Assembly (NCBI RefSeq): GCF_024642085.1
Contig: NZ_JAHEBV010000007.1
Coordinates: 28,740-92,739, forward strand
Direction: 5' to 3'
DNA from: Novosphingobium sp.
Lineage (GTDB): Bacteria > Pseudomonadota > Alphaproteobacteria > Sphingomonadales > Sphingomonadaceae
DNA length: 64,000 bases
Positions 19,402 through 29,672 of this stretch are shown here, in pieces (positions within the stretch are counted from its first letter, which is position 1; each line of letters opens with the position of its first letter). The notes under the pieces were generated by a model that searched no databases, was not told the DNA's origin, and saw nothing but the letters and a program-made list of their open reading frames with translations. The translations under genes were made by a program, and so were the position numbers.

Positions 19402-19607
19402 AACAGCTGCTGATCCTGATCGCCCGGGGCTGGCAACTTGGCCCATCACGGATCTTGCCATCAAGCTGCCGTTTCGCCCCGTCCTGCTCGCAATATGCGA
19501 TCGAGGCCTGGAAAAAGCACGGGGCGATTAAGGGTAGCTGGCTGGCGGCGAAGCGTATACTGCGCTGCCATCCGTGGGGTGGGCACGGCCACGATCCGGT
19601 GCCGTAA
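19398..19607 (+). CDS. yidD: Membrane protein insertion efficiency factor
   Basis: CRFAPSCSQYA, RILRCHPWGG. Confidence 0.95.
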   Translation: MKQLLILIARGWQLGPSRILPSSCRFAPSCSQYAIEAWKKHGAIKGSWLAAKRILRCHPWGGHGHDPVP

Positions 19608-19682
19608 CCCGCGCGGCCCGCTTGATCGTAATGCGCTTTCCCCCAATCTGACCTGCAACGACCGACAATACAGGACGCCTTC

Positions 19683-21449
19683 GTGGACAAGACCAATTCG
19701 CGTAACATCATCCTGGCCGTAGTGCTGACCGCGCTGCTGCTGTTCGGCTGGGATGCCGGGGTGCGCTATTTCTACCCGCAGGCGAACAAGCCCAAGCCCG
19801 CGCCCGTTGCCGCCGCATCGGCGCCGTCAGCCGCCGCTCCGGCCAAGCCGACGCGCGAAGGCGGGCTGACCAGCGCGGCCGATCAGGCGCTTGAAGCGCG
19901 TGATCTCAAGGCTGCGCTCAACCCTGCCGGCCGCGTGCCGATTGCGGCACCGGGACTTTCGGGATCCATCAACCTTACCGGCGGCGTGGTCGATGACCTG
20001 ACGCTCAACCGCCATACCGCCGCGATCGACAAGAACAGCGGACCACAGCGGATCTATTCGCCCGCCGGGACGCCTGCGCAGGAATATGCGCAGTTTGGCT
20101 TCCTGGGCCAGGGCATCGGCGCACCCAATGCCGGCACGGTGTGGACTGCGCCCCAAGATGCAAAGCTGACCCCGCAGACCCCGGTCACCCTGACCGCCAG
20201 CAACGGCACTGGCCAGACCTTTACACTGACCTACGCGATCGACGCCGATTACATGATTACGGTTACCCAGACCGCTGCCAATACCGGCACCGCGCCAGTG
20301 GTGGTAAAGCCCTATGCACTGCTCAGCCGGACCAACAAGACCGCCAGCATCGACAGCTTCAACGTGCATTCCGGCCCGTTCGGCGCCTTTGACGGCAAGG
20401 TCAGTTTTGGTCCGAATTACAAGGATGTTTCCGAGGCACAGCAACAGGCCAATCCCGGCAAGACCAACTGGGTCGGTTTCACTGACATCTACTGGATGTC
20501 GGTGCTGATCCCTGACGCTGCCGGGGCGATCAGTGATTTCCGCAGCCTGGGCGCGGGCCAGTTTCGCGCCGATCTGGTCTATGGCGATATCGCCGTGGCG
20601 CCTGGCCGGCAGATCACCCGCACCACGCGGCTTTATGCCGGGGCCAAGGAATCCACTGTGCTCGACCGCTATGAAGATGCGGGCGTCACCAACTTCGGCC
20701 TGGCGATCGACTGGGGCTGGTTCAGCTGGTTTGCCCGTCCGATCTTCTGGCTGCTTAAGGCCCTGTTCGGCGCGGTCGGCAATTTCGGCGTGGCGATCAT
20801 GCTGCTGACGGTGATCGTCAAAGGCATCATGTTCCCGGTATCACAGCGCCAGTTCGCCTCGATGGCGGCGATGAAGGCGATCCAGCCCAAGATGAAGGCG
20901 CTTCAGGACCGCTACAAGGACGACAAGCCGAAGGCCCAGGAAGAGATCATGAAGCTCTACAAGCAGGAGGGCGTCAATCCGCTCGCCGGATGCTTGCCGA
21001 TCTTCCTGCAGATCCCGGTATTCTTTGCCTTGTACAAAACCCTGATCCTGTCGGTCGAAATGCGCCATCAGCCGTTCGTGCTGTGGATCAAGGACCTGTC
21101 TGCGCCCGATCCGGCGCATGTGCTCAACCTGTTCGGCCTGCTCAACTTCACCCCGCCGGCATTCCTTGGCATCGGGGTACTGGCCCTGCTGCTGGGCGTG
21201 ACGATGTACTACCAATTCAAGCTGAACCCGGCGCAGATGGATCCCGTCCAGCAACAGATGTTCGCGATCATGCCGTGGGTGATGATGTTCATCATGGCGC
21301 CGTTTGCGGCTGGCCTGCTGCTTTACTGGATCACCAATAACGTGCTGACCATTGCGCAGCAGACGTATCTCTATTCCAAGCACCCGCAAATGAAGGCGCA
21401 GACCGATAAGGACGCGGCCGACGCCAAACGCGCCAAGGCCAAGGCCTGA
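19683..21449 (+). CDS. yidC: Membrane protein insertase YidC
   Basis: AIDWGWF, GNFGVAI, NPLAGCLP, WIKDLSAPD, GLLLYW. GTG start. Confidence 0.97.
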   Translation: MDKTNSRNIILAVVLTALLLFGWDAGVRYFYPQANKPKPAPVAAASAPSAAAPAKPTREGGLTSAADQALEARDLKAALNPAGRVPIAAPGLSGSINLTGGVVDDLTLNRHTAAIDKNSGPQRIYSPAGTPAQEYAQFGFLGQGIGAPNAGTVWTAPQDAKLTPQTPVTLTASNGTGQTFTLTYAIDADYMITVTQTAANTGTAPVVVKPYALLSRTNKTASIDSFNVHSGPFGAFDGKVSFGPNYKDVSEAQQQANPGKTNWVGFTDIYWMSVLIPDAAGAISDFRSLGAGQFRADLVYGDIAVAPGRQITRTTRLYAGAKESTVLDRYEDAGVTNFGLAIDWGWFSWFARPIFWLLKALFGAVGNFGVAIMLLTVIVKGIMFPVSQRQFASMAAMKAIQPKMKALQDRYKDDKPKAQEEIMKLYKQEGVNPLAGCLPIFLQIPVFFALYKTLILSVEMRHQPFVLWIKDLSAPDPAHVLNLFGLLNFTPPAFLGIGVLALLLGVTMYYQFKLNPAQMDPVQQQMFAIMPWVMMFIMAPFAAGLLLYWITNNVLTIAQQTYLYSKHPQMKAQTDKDAADAKRAKAKA

Positions 21450-21453
21450 TCCG

Positions 21454-22092
21454 GTGGACGAAGCCGAAGTCCTCGCCGAACAGGCGCGCCGCCTGTTTGC
21501 AGGGCGTGTCGAGTTCCTCAAAAGTGCGCCCGGGCTGCAGTTTCTGCCCGATCCTGATTTTCCGGAACTGGCCTTTGCGGGCCGCTCCAACGTCGGCAAG
21601 TCCAGCCTGATCAACGCCGTGACCGGGCGCAAGGCGATCGCCCGCGCCTCGGTCACGCCGGGCCGGACACAAGAGCTGAACTTTTTCGACGTCGGAGAAC
21701 CGACCAAGCTGCGGCTGGTCGACATGCCCGGTTACGGTTTTGCCAAGGCACCGATCAAGGTGGTCGATGCCTGGAAGCGGCTGGTCCGCGATTTCCTGCG
21801 CGGCCGCGCAGTGCTCAAACGCACTCTGGTGCTGATCGACAGCCGCCACGGGGTGAAGGACGTCGACCGCGACATGATGAAGATGCTGGATGAGGCCGCC
21901 GTGGGCTATCGCCTGGTCCTGACCAAGGCGGACAAGATCAAGGCAAGCGAACTGGAAACGGTCCTGATCGCAACCCAGGCCGAAGCGCGCAAGCATTCCG
22001 CAGCCTTTCCGGTGGTCCATGTGACGTCCAGCGAAAAGGGCATGGGCATTGCGCAGTTGCGCGCGGCGATCCTTGAAGACGCGGCGCTATGA
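21454..22092 (+). CDS. yihA: Ribosome biogenesis GTPase YihA/YsxC
   Basis: GRSNVGKSS, TPGRTQ, DMPGYG, TKAD, TSS. Confidence 0.95.
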   Translation: MDEAEVLAEQARRLFAGRVEFLKSAPGLQFLPDPDFPELAFAGRSNVGKSSLINAVTGRKAIARASVTPGRTQELNFFDVGEPTKLRLVDMPGYGFAKAPIKVVDAWKRLVRDFLRGRAVLKRTLVLIDSRHGVKDVDRDMMKMLDEAAVGYRLVLTKADKIKASELETVLIATQAEARKHSAAFPVVHVTSSEKGMGIAQLRAAILEDAAL

Positions 22093-22650
22093 CCCGGAAC
22101 GCTTGAGCACGGTGCGATTGCGGGGCAGCCATTCGTCCTTGCCATCATCCACCGGGTTGACCTCTTTCACTGTGATCATCGAATTGCCGGAACGAGTGGT
22201 TGTTTCGCGTACCTGGGCCATGCCATCGCCGTCGCGTCGCAGCTCGGTTTCCACCAGGATCCAGTGCCGCAGGTCCGTTGCAGGCTGCGGCTGGATAAGC
22301 CGGGCAGTGCCGCTGTCCAGGGGCCGGCCTTTTCGCGCGATGGCATAAGCGATAGCCGCGCTGGCCAGATCGACCTGCCTTACCGTCGTAATCCAGACCA
22401 GACCTGTCTGCGGACCGTCATCGAACTCGGCAGTGCGGACGGTGGTCACGCCGTCGCGCTGAGCGACCACAGAAACGCGAACGGGTAGTCCTTGCCACGC
22501 GTTGCTCTGGTAATCGCGGTATTGCAGTTCGCCGCGCCATTTGCCGGCTGTGCCCGCCAATAACTCATCAGGAGAAAGCGGGGCCTGGCCCGATACAGGC
22601 TGGGCCAGCACGACCAAGGTGGCAATGCCGCTGATAACGGATCGGAACAT
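22087..22650 (-). CDS. Secreted hypothetical protein (beta-rich)
   Basis: Signal peptide, then 'GKWRGELQYRDY'. Converges on yihA with a 6-bp overlap. Confidence 0.65.
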   Translation of the reverse strand: MFRSVISGIATLVVLAQPVSGQAPLSPDELLAGTAGKWRGELQYRDYQSNAWQGLPVRVSVVAQRDGVTTVRTAEFDDGPQTGLVWITTVRQVDLASAAIAYAIARKGRPLDSGTARLIQPQPATDLRHWILVETELRRDGDGMAQVRETTTRSGNSMITVKEVNPVDDGKDEWLPRNRTVLKRSGS

Positions 22651-22780
22651 GTCGGCTACCTTTCGCAAATGGGAAAAAGACCGCCTGATCGGCAGCCCGC
22701 CCTTTGCATTTGCCGGGGGGCGCGGTCGCCTCATTCCAGCGCAACTTCATCTTTTTCAGGATTTGAGACGCGTCAGATCG

Positions 22781-23200
22781 CTATCGGGCAAACAGCTGGC
22801 CCAGATCGGCAAAGGCTTTCATCTCGATCGCGTTGCCCGATGGATCGCGAAAGAACATCGTGGCCTGTTCGCCCGGTTCGCCGCGAAAACGGACGTAGGG
22901 TTCGATGTCGAACCGGGTGCCAGCTGCTTTGAGCCGCGCGGCCAGATCTTCCCAGTCCTTCAGCGCCAGAACGATACCGAAATGCGGCACCGGCACGCCG
23001 TGCCCGTCAACCGGGTTGGTACCGGCGTCTGCGGCGGCCTCACCGGTGCAGTGCGCCACTATTTGATGGCCATAAAAATCAAAGTCGATCCACTGGTCGC
23101 TGCTGCGCCCTTCGGGACAGCCCATGACCCCGCCCCAGAAGGCACGTGCCTCAGCCAGATCGCGGACGGGAAAGGCAAGGTGGAAAGGACGCAGGCTCAT
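22781..23200 (-). CDS. VOC/glyoxalase family protein
   Basis: [39 protein letters not shown]. Confidence 0.9.
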   Translation of the reverse strand: MSLRPFHLAFPVRDLAEARAFWGGVMGCPEGRSSDQWIDFDFYGHQIVAHCTGEAAADAGTNPVDGHGVPVPHFGIVLALKDWEDLAARLKAAGTRFDIEPYVRFRGEPGEQATMFFRDPSGNAIEMKAFADLGQLFAR

Positions 23201-23451
23201 GCGCTTACTTGGACCGATTCGTCTTTCCTACACAAGCGTCATTCCCGCATGGCATCGCGATGCTCCTGCGCCGCCCCAAACCTGTCCGCACCCGTATCCC
23301 GAACGCCCATATGCAAAACGGGCGCTGCACCTTGCCCCAGCCGCTTTGCCCGGCACGCGGCGGGGTCCCGTTTCTTCCGCATGGACACTGTGATTTCTGT
23401 GATCATGTTCAGCCTCGACAGGATAAACCTGAACGGTTACGGGTCCGTGGC

Positions 23452-24123
23452 ATGAAGCTGATCCTGGGCAACAAGAACTATTCAAGCTGGTCGCTGCGCG
23501 GCTGGCTGGCGGCCAAGCAATCGGGTCTTCCCTTTGAAGAAATCATGGTACCGCTTTACGGCGATGATTGGGACGAGCGCAAACGCGACAATGATGCGAT
23601 CGCGCCGTCATCGGGTAAGGTCCCGGTGCTGTGGGACGGCGACGCGGTGGTATGGGACAGCCTGGCGATCATCGAGTACCTTGCCGACAAGGTCGGGCGT
23701 GACCGGTTCTGGCCCAAGGGCGATGCTGCCCGGGCCATGGCCCGGTCGATGGTCGCTGAAATGCACAGCTCCTACCTCGCGCTGCGGCGCGAATGCCCGC
23801 TCAACGTGCGGCGCCGGGTTGAAGGCGCGCAAATCAGCGAAGCGGCCAAGGCCGATGTGGTGCGCATCCTGACCCTGTGGGCCGAAGCCCGCGCCCGCTT
23901 CGGCCAAGGCGGACCATTCCTGTTCGGCACCTTTTGCGCCGCAGACATCATCTATGCCCCGGTAGTGAGCCGATTTATCAGCTATGGCATCGGGGTGCCC
24001 GGCTTTGCCCTCGCCTATATGGAAGCAGTGTGGGAGCACGAGTGGATGCAGGCCTGGGTCTCCGCCGCTGAAGCCGAGGACTGGACCATCGAACAGTTTG
24101 AGACCGAGCCGGCGCGCCGTTAA
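23452..24123 (+). CDS. Glutathione S-transferase family protein
   Basis: GNKNYSSWSLRGWL, GKVPVL, WDSLAIIEYL, ADIIYAPV. Confidence 0.92.
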   Translation: MKLILGNKNYSSWSLRGWLAAKQSGLPFEEIMVPLYGDDWDERKRDNDAIAPSSGKVPVLWDGDAVVWDSLAIIEYLADKVGRDRFWPKGDAARAMARSMVAEMHSSYLALRRECPLNVRRRVEGAQISEAAKADVVRILTLWAEARARFGQGGPFLFGTFCAADIIYAPVVSRFISYGIGVPGFALAYMEAVWEHEWMQAWVSAAEAEDWTIEQFETEPARR

Positions 24124-24125
24124 TC

Positions 24126-25262
24126 GTGACTACCGCGCCGCCCCCCGTCCTTCCCCTGGCCGAAGCCCTGATTGCCTGCCCCAGCGTAACCCCGGCAGCT
24201 GGGCTGGTGTTCGATTGCCTGGAAGGCCAATTGGCTCCGCTGGGTTTTGCAGTGCACCGCTTTCATGCGGGTGAGGCGCCCGATGGTCCGGTAGAAAACC
24301 TGTTCGCAATCCGCACGGGGCCTGAAGGTACCCGGCACTTCGCCTTTGCCGGCCATGTCGATGTTGTGCCGCCCGGCGAAGGTTGGGCCAGCGCGCCCTT
24401 TGCTCCCGAAGTGCGCGGCGATCTGCTCTATGGCCGCGGCGCGGTCGACATGAAGGGTTCGATTGCGGCAATGGTTGCTGCGGCTGCCGCGATACCCGCT
24501 GAAGCCGGCACGATCAGTTTCATCATCACCGGGGATGAGGAGGGCCCGGCGCGGTTCGGCACGGTCGCGCTGATCGAACACATGCGCGGACTGGCGTTCA
24601 TCCCTGACCTGTGCCTGGTGGGGGAGCCGACCAGCGTCAACCGGCTGGGTGACATGATGAAGATCGGGCGGCGCGGCTCGGTCAACATCTGGCTGGAGGT
24701 TGAGGGCAAGGAAGGCCATGTCGCCTATCCGCATCTGGCAGACAACCCGATTACCCGGCTGATCAACATGCTTGCTGAACTCAAGGCCATGCCGCTGGAC
24801 GATGGCAACACCTGGTTTCAGCCTTCAAATCTTGAAATTACCGATGTGACCGTGGGCAATCCTGCAACCAACGTCATCCCCAGCCGGGCCGCCGCGCGCC
24901 TGTCGATCCGTTTCAATGATGAACATACCGGGCAGGAACTGGCCGACCGCGTCATTGCCATTGCGGCAAAGCACGGCGGCACCGCACGCCCGGTTATCTC
25001 GGGCGAAGCGTTCATCACCCCGCCTGGTGTGTTCAGCGCGATGATTGCCGATGCGGTCGAAGCCGAAACAGGTTCGCGCCCCGAAGCCAGCACGACCGGC
25101 GGGACCAGCGACGCGCGCTTCCTCAAGAACCTGTGCCCGGTTATCGAGTTCGGGCTGTGCAACGCGACCATGCATAAACGCGACGAAGCGGTGGCAGTTG
25201 ATGATCTGGATACTCTGGCGCGGATCTATGCCCGGATAGCCAGGGCTGCGTTGGCGGGCTGA
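24126..25262 (+). CDS. dapE: Succinyl-diaminopimelate desuccinylase
   Basis: FAGHVDVVP, GRGAVDMKG, GDEE, GEPT, GRRGS, GHVAYP, TGGTSD, MHK. Confidence 0.95.
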   Translation: MTTAPPPVLPLAEALIACPSVTPAAGLVFDCLEGQLAPLGFAVHRFHAGEAPDGPVENLFAIRTGPEGTRHFAFAGHVDVVPPGEGWASAPFAPEVRGDLLYGRGAVDMKGSIAAMVAAAAAIPAEAGTISFIITGDEEGPARFGTVALIEHMRGLAFIPDLCLVGEPTSVNRLGDMMKIGRRGSVNIWLEVEGKEGHVAYPHLADNPITRLINMLAELKAMPLDDGNTWFQPSNLEITDVTVGNPATNVIPSRAAARLSIRFNDEHTGQELADRVIAIAAKHGGTARPVISGEAFITPPGVFSAMIADAVEAETGSRPEASTTGGTSDARFLKNLCPVIEFGLCNATMHKRDEAVAVDDLDTLARIYARIARAALAG

Positions 25263-25327
25263 TTGCATTCGCCGGATCACGCGTTACCATCGCCGGCAAG
25301 ATTGTTACAAGACGGGGAGCAAGCATC

Positions 25328-26677
25328 ATGGCAGAACGGCGATCGGCAATAGGCTGGCTGCTCCACGTGTTGAGCGTCCACCTGACCCGCTGCATCATGA
25401 TCGGGCTGGCGCTGGGAATCGTGGTCGGCTGGATGGTCAACCAGGGCCTGCTTGCCAGTATCGCCACCAATGAAACCTGGGCACGCAGTTTTCAGGTACT
25501 TTCGACCATCTTCCTCAACCTGATCAAGATGCTGGTCGCACCGCTGGTGCTGGCCACGATCATTTCCGGGCTGGCCCATATGGGCGATAGCGCCGCTGTT
25601 GGCCGGATCGGATTCCGTGCGATTGTGTGGTTCATCATCGCCAGCTTCATTTCGATCAGCCTGGGCCTGCTGATGGTCAACCTGTTTCAGCCTGGTGTCG
25701 GGGTTGATCTGACCGCCCCGACCCAAGCCGTGGGCGAGGTGAAGAAGCTCGATATGTTCGAGTTTATCGAACACGTATTTCCAAAGAATATCATCACCGC
25801 CATGGGCGAAAACAACGTTCTGCAAGTGCTTGTTTTCGCGCTGTTTGCCGGGATCGGCCTTACCGCCATCGGCGAAAAGGGCAAGCCGCTGGTCCGTGCC
25901 GCCGAAGCCCTGGCCGAACTGATGCTGCAAGTGACCGGCTATGTCATGCGGTTTGCCCCGTTCGCGGTGTTTGGCGCACTGGCCAAGGTGGTGGCGGAAA
26001 ACGGCCTGGGCATCCTCGTCACCTATGCCAAGCTGCTGGGTGAGTTCTACTTTTCGCTCGGCTTGCTGTGGGCGTTCTTGCTGGGCATCGGCTTCGTCTT
26101 CCTGGGCACGCGCGTGCTGATGCTGGTGCGCTATGTCCGCGAACCCGTGCTGATTGCCTTTTCCACCGCCAGCAGCGAAGCGGCCATGCCCAAGTTGTTC
26201 GAACAGCTTGACCGGTTCGGCGTGCCAAGGCGAATTTCGGGCCTGATGGTGCCGCTGGGCTACAGCTTCAACCTTGACGGGTCGATGATGTACGCCAGCT
26301 TCGCAACAATCTTCATCGCCCAGGCCTATAACGTTGTACCTGATATAGGCACCCAGATCCTGATCCTGCTGACCCTGATGATCAGTTCGAAAGGCATTGC
26401 CGCAGTTCCCCGCGCCAGCCTGGTGGTGATCGCGGCCACGCTTGCCATGTTTGACTTGCCAGTCGAAGGAATCGCGCTGGTACTGGCCATCGACCAGTTC
26501 CTGGATATGGGCCGCACCGCTACCAACGTGCTGGGCAATTCGGTAGCAACGGCCGTGATCACCAAGTGGGAAGGCATGCTCCAGCCCCCGTTCGATCCCG
26601 ACATGGACGAGCCCGACGCGCCCAGCCAGACGCCCGAGCATGGCAAGCGCGGACTGCATCTTGATCCGCGGCAGTAA
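25328..26677 (+). CDS. Dicarboxylate/amino acid:cation symporter (GltP/DctA family)
   Basis: FSTASSEAAMP, GYSFNLDGS, SKGIAAVPRAS, DMGRTATN. Confidence 0.92.
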   Translation: MAERRSAIGWLLHVLSVHLTRCIMIGLALGIVVGWMVNQGLLASIATNETWARSFQVLSTIFLNLIKMLVAPLVLATIISGLAHMGDSAAVGRIGFRAIVWFIIASFISISLGLLMVNLFQPGVGVDLTAPTQAVGEVKKLDMFEFIEHVFPKNIITAMGENNVLQVLVFALFAGIGLTAIGEKGKPLVRAAEALAELMLQVTGYVMRFAPFAVFGALAKVVAENGLGILVTYAKLLGEFYFSLGLLWAFLLGIGFVFLGTRVLMLVRYVREPVLIAFSTASSEAAMPKLFEQLDRFGVPRRISGLMVPLGYSFNLDGSMMYASFATIFIAQAYNVVPDIGTQILILLTLMISSKGIAAVPRASLVVIAATLAMFDLPVEGIALVLAIDQFLDMGRTATNVLGNSVATAVITKWEGMLQPPFDPDMDEPDAPSQTPEHGKRGLHLDPRQ

Positions 26678-26680
26678 CTG

Positions 26681-27331
26681 TCAGCCAGGGCGCACGGGCT
26701 CGCTGCTTTTGGCCTTGAATACGCAAAGGTCGGCCACCGGGCAGCGCCAGCATTCGGGCCGCCGCGCTTTGCAGATGTAGCGGCCGTGCAGGATCAGCCA
26801 GTGGTGCGCGCCAATGCGGAACGGGGCGGGCACTTTCTTTTCAAGTTGTTTCTCCACTGCCAGCGGGGTCTTGCCCCTGGCCAAACCCGTCCGGTTGCCA
26901 ACGCGGAAAATGTGGGTATCGACAGCAAACGTCTCGGCCCCGAAGGCGCAATTCATCACCACGTTGGCGGTCTTGCGGCCAACTCCCGGCAAGGCGGTCA
27001 GGGCATCGCGGTCCGCGGGAACCGCGCCCGCGTAATCGCGCACCAGTATCTCAGAGAGGGCGATGACATTCTTGGCCTTGCCGTTGAACAGACCGATGGT
27101 CTTGATGTGCTCTTTCAGTCCATCGACCCCCAGCGCCGCCATCTGCGCAGGGGTGGTCACATCCCGGAACAGCGCCCGGGTCGCCTTGTTGACGCCCACA
27201 TCGGTGGATTGCGCTGACAGCACTACGGCGACCAGCAGCTGAAAGGTGTTGCTGAATGCCAGCTCGGTTTGGGGGGACGGGTTATCCTCGGCAAGGCGGC
27301 GAAAAAACTCGAACGTGTCGGCCTTGGTCAA
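26681..27331 (-). CDS. nth: Endonuclease III
   Basis: HhH 'LPGVGRKTANV', VDTH, Fe-S CKARRPECWRCPVADLC. Proposed TTG start overlaps the dapB TGA (TTGA). Confidence 0.95.
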   Translation of the reverse strand: MTKADTFEFFRRLAEDNPSPQTELAFSNTFQLLVAVVLSAQSTDVGVNKATRALFRDVTTPAQMAALGVDGLKEHIKTIGLFNGKAKNVIALSEILVRDYAGAVPADRDALTALPGVGRKTANVVMNCAFGAETFAVDTHIFRVGNRTGLARGKTPLAVEKQLEKKVPAPFRIGAHHWLILHGRYICKARRPECWRCPVADLCVFKAKSSEPVRPG

Positions 27332-28056
27332 AGCCCCAGCACCTGTGCCATGGTATAGCGTCCGGCGTCCCGGCCGATCAGCCACTGCGCCGCACGAACG
27401 GCCCCTTTGGCAAAGATACGGCGATTTTCGGCCAGGTGCGACACGGCAATCCGCTCATCGTCACCCAGAAAGTTGACCGTGTGATCGCCTGCCACGGACC
27501 CCCCGCGCAGACTTGCAAAGCCGATTGCGCCCGCAGTACGCGGACCGGTCATGCCGTCGCGCCCTCGCTCGCTGGCCGATGCCAAATCGATTCCGCGTCC
27601 CTGCGCTGCGGCTTGGCCCAGCAGCAGCGCCGTTCCTGACGGTGCGTCTACTTTCATGCGGTGGTGGGTTTCGGAGATCTCGATATCCCAACCCTCGCCC
27701 AATCGGCTTGCCGCCTCGCGCACCAAATGCGCCAACAGGGTCACCCCCAGCGAAGTATTGCCAGTTTGCAGCACGGCCACCTGCTCAGCCGCGTTGTCGC
27801 ACAGGAAATGGTGGCGTTCTTCCAGTCCCGTTGTGCCGATCAAGATCGGAACCCGCGCCGCAACCGACGCATCAAGGTTTGCTTCCAGCGCGTGGGGGCT
27901 CGAAAAATCGACCAGCACATCACTGGCAGCAGCAAGCGCGCCGACATCGTCACCCATGTCGGCCCCGCCGGCGAACACATCGCCTCCAGCAGCAATCGCC
28001 TCGGCGAGTGCCTGCCCCATGCGCCCGGCGCTGCCAATGATGCCGATCCGTGCCAT
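27328..28056 (-). CDS. dapB: 4-hydroxy-tetrahydrodipicolinate reductase
   Basis: GSAGRMG, DFS, GTTG, ETHHRMKVDAPSGTA. Confidence 0.95.
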   Translation of the reverse strand: MARIGIIGSAGRMGQALAEAIAAGGDVFAGGADMGDDVGALAAASDVLVDFSSPHALEANLDASVAARVPILIGTTGLEERHHFLCDNAAEQVAVLQTGNTSLGVTLLAHLVREAASRLGEGWDIEISETHHRMKVDAPSGTALLLGQAAAQGRGIDLASASERGRDGMTGPRTAGAIGFASLRGGSVAGDHTVNFLGDDERIAVSHLAENRRIFAKGAVRAAQWLIGRDAGRYTMAQVLGL

Positions 28057-28091
28057 TGAATGTCCCCTTCAAGCCGTGCTTCATGGGCGAC

Positions 28092-28808
28092 ATGAACCGA
28101 ATCCGCAATATCGTGATCCTGACTGGAGCGGGCGTGTCTGCTGAAAGTGGCATCGACACCTTTCGTGCCGGTACCGATGGCGGTCCCAGCCTATGGGAGC
28201 AGCACCGCATTGAAGACGTTGCAACGCCTGAAGGCTTTGTCCGTGATCCCGATCTGGTCCACCGGTTCTACGACATGCGCCGTGCCGCCATTCAGCAGAA
28301 GCAGCCCAACGCTGCGCATATGGCACTTGCCCGGCTGGACGCTGTCTGGACGGACAATCTGCTGATTGTCACGCAGAACGTCGATGACCTGCACGAGCGC
28401 GCCGGCGCACGCCGCGTCCTGCACATGCACGGCGAGCATCTTAAAGCATGGTGCACCGCCTGCAGGTCACGCAGCGCTTGGCGTGAAGCTCTGTTCGGAC
28501 GGCCCCCCTGCCCCGTGTGTCAGTCGCGGTCACTGCGGCCCGATGTGGTCTGGTTCGGCGAGATGCCCTACGAAATGGACCGGATCCATGCTGCCCTGCT
28601 CGATGCCGATCTGTTTGTCAGCATCGGCACGTCTGGCGCGGTTTATCCTGCTGCCGGATTCGTCCGTAACGCCCGTGATCTGGGTGCGCAAACGCTCGAA
28701 CTAAATCTCGAACCTAGCCAAGGTTCAGCCATGTTCCATGAAACGCGCCTGGGCAAAGCGGGCGATCTGGTCCCAGCCTGGGTAGCGGAGATATTAGGCG
28801 GCGGGTGA
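28092..28808 (+). CDS. cobB: NAD-dependent protein deacylase (class III sirtuin)
   Basis: GAGVSAESG, TQNVDDLHE, HMHG, CxxC..CxxC, RPDVVWFGE, GTSGAVYPA; FYxxR acyl-pocket motif. Confidence 0.92.
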   Translation: MNRIRNIVILTGAGVSAESGIDTFRAGTDGGPSLWEQHRIEDVATPEGFVRDPDLVHRFYDMRRAAIQQKQPNAAHMALARLDAVWTDNLLIVTQNVDDLHERAGARRVLHMHGEHLKAWCTACRSRSAWREALFGRPPCPVCQSRSLRPDVVWFGEMPYEMDRIHAALLDADLFVSIGTSGAVYPAAGFVRNARDLGAQTLELNLEPSQGSAMFHETRLGKAGDLVPAWVAEILGGG

Positions 28809-29567
28809 ACAGCCTCTGCACGAAGGATCTTTGGTGATCCGCATCGTGCGCATGGCCGGCGCGAGCCCTTCGATCACGTGCAGCTTGCCCCATTGCGGAT
28901 CGCCTAGCGATGCGTTTCCTTGTAGCAGTACGCGGATAGCCTGCATCGCTGCAAAGGCACCTATCATTCCAGTCATGGCCCCCAGCACACCGTCGGCAGC
29001 GCAGGTATCGCAATCGTCCACATCAAAGGCGTCGCCAACAAAGCAGCGATAGCAGCTTTCACCCGGCAAGTGACCGGCAAAGTTCGCGACCTGCCCCTGG
29101 AAGCGCCCGATTGCCGCACTTGTCAGCGGAATGCGAAGCGTAACGCAAGCATCCGACACCGCCAGACGCGTCGCGAAATTATCACATCCATCAAGGACCA
29201 GGTTCACACCCTCAAGTATCCGCCCAGCGTTGTTGCCATTTATCCGCCCGCTATGCGCGCGGACATCAAGTCTCTGATCAAATCGCCGGACCCACTGCGC
29301 GGCAAGCTCAGCCTTCGGCTTGCCGACATCGGCGGGGGTGAATACCGTCTGGCGTTGCAGATTGCTGGTCTCGACATGGTCATCGTCGATCAGCAGCAAT
29401 GTACCCACACCTGCTGCGGCAAGATATTGCAGCGCGGGTGACCCAATTCCGCCGCATCCGACCAGCGCGACCGCCGACTTGGCTAAGGCAATCTGTCCCG
29501 CCCCGCCAACTTCGGGCAGCACTATGTGGCGTGCAAAGCGGTCAAGGCGGTCCGGCGGAAGCGTCAT
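28794..29567 (-). CDS. HesA/MoeB/ThiF family adenylyltransferase
   Basis: RFARHIVLPEVG, GCGGIG, SNLQRQ, DGCDN, CYRC, CxxC. Confidence 0.9.
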   Translation of the reverse strand: MTLPPDRLDRFARHIVLPEVGGAGQIALAKSAVALVGCGGIGSPALQYLAAAGVGTLLLIDDDHVETSNLQRQTVFTPADVGKPKAELAAQWVRRFDQRLDVRAHSGRINGNNAGRILEGVNLVLDGCDNFATRLAVSDACVTLRIPLTSAAIGRFQGQVANFAGHLPGESCYRCFVGDAFDVDDCDTCAADGVLGAMTGMIGAFAAMQAIRVLLQGNASLGDPQWGKLHVIEGLAPAMRTMRITKDPSCRGCSPAA

Positions 29568-29672
29568 ACGAGCCGCCTTACGCATAATCGCCGCGTGAGG
29601 CGAGACTATCGCTGCTTGCCCCATTGGCTCGTCTGCGGCATGCCTGTCACAAAGAATAAGACGGGATGAGCG

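Noticed and set aside
23201-23451. Short ORFs in the VOC/GST divergent gap (for example minus-strand MITEITVSMRKKR…, 55 aa)
   Set aside because: No RBS or recognisable motif; compatible with chance ORFs in GC-rich DNA.
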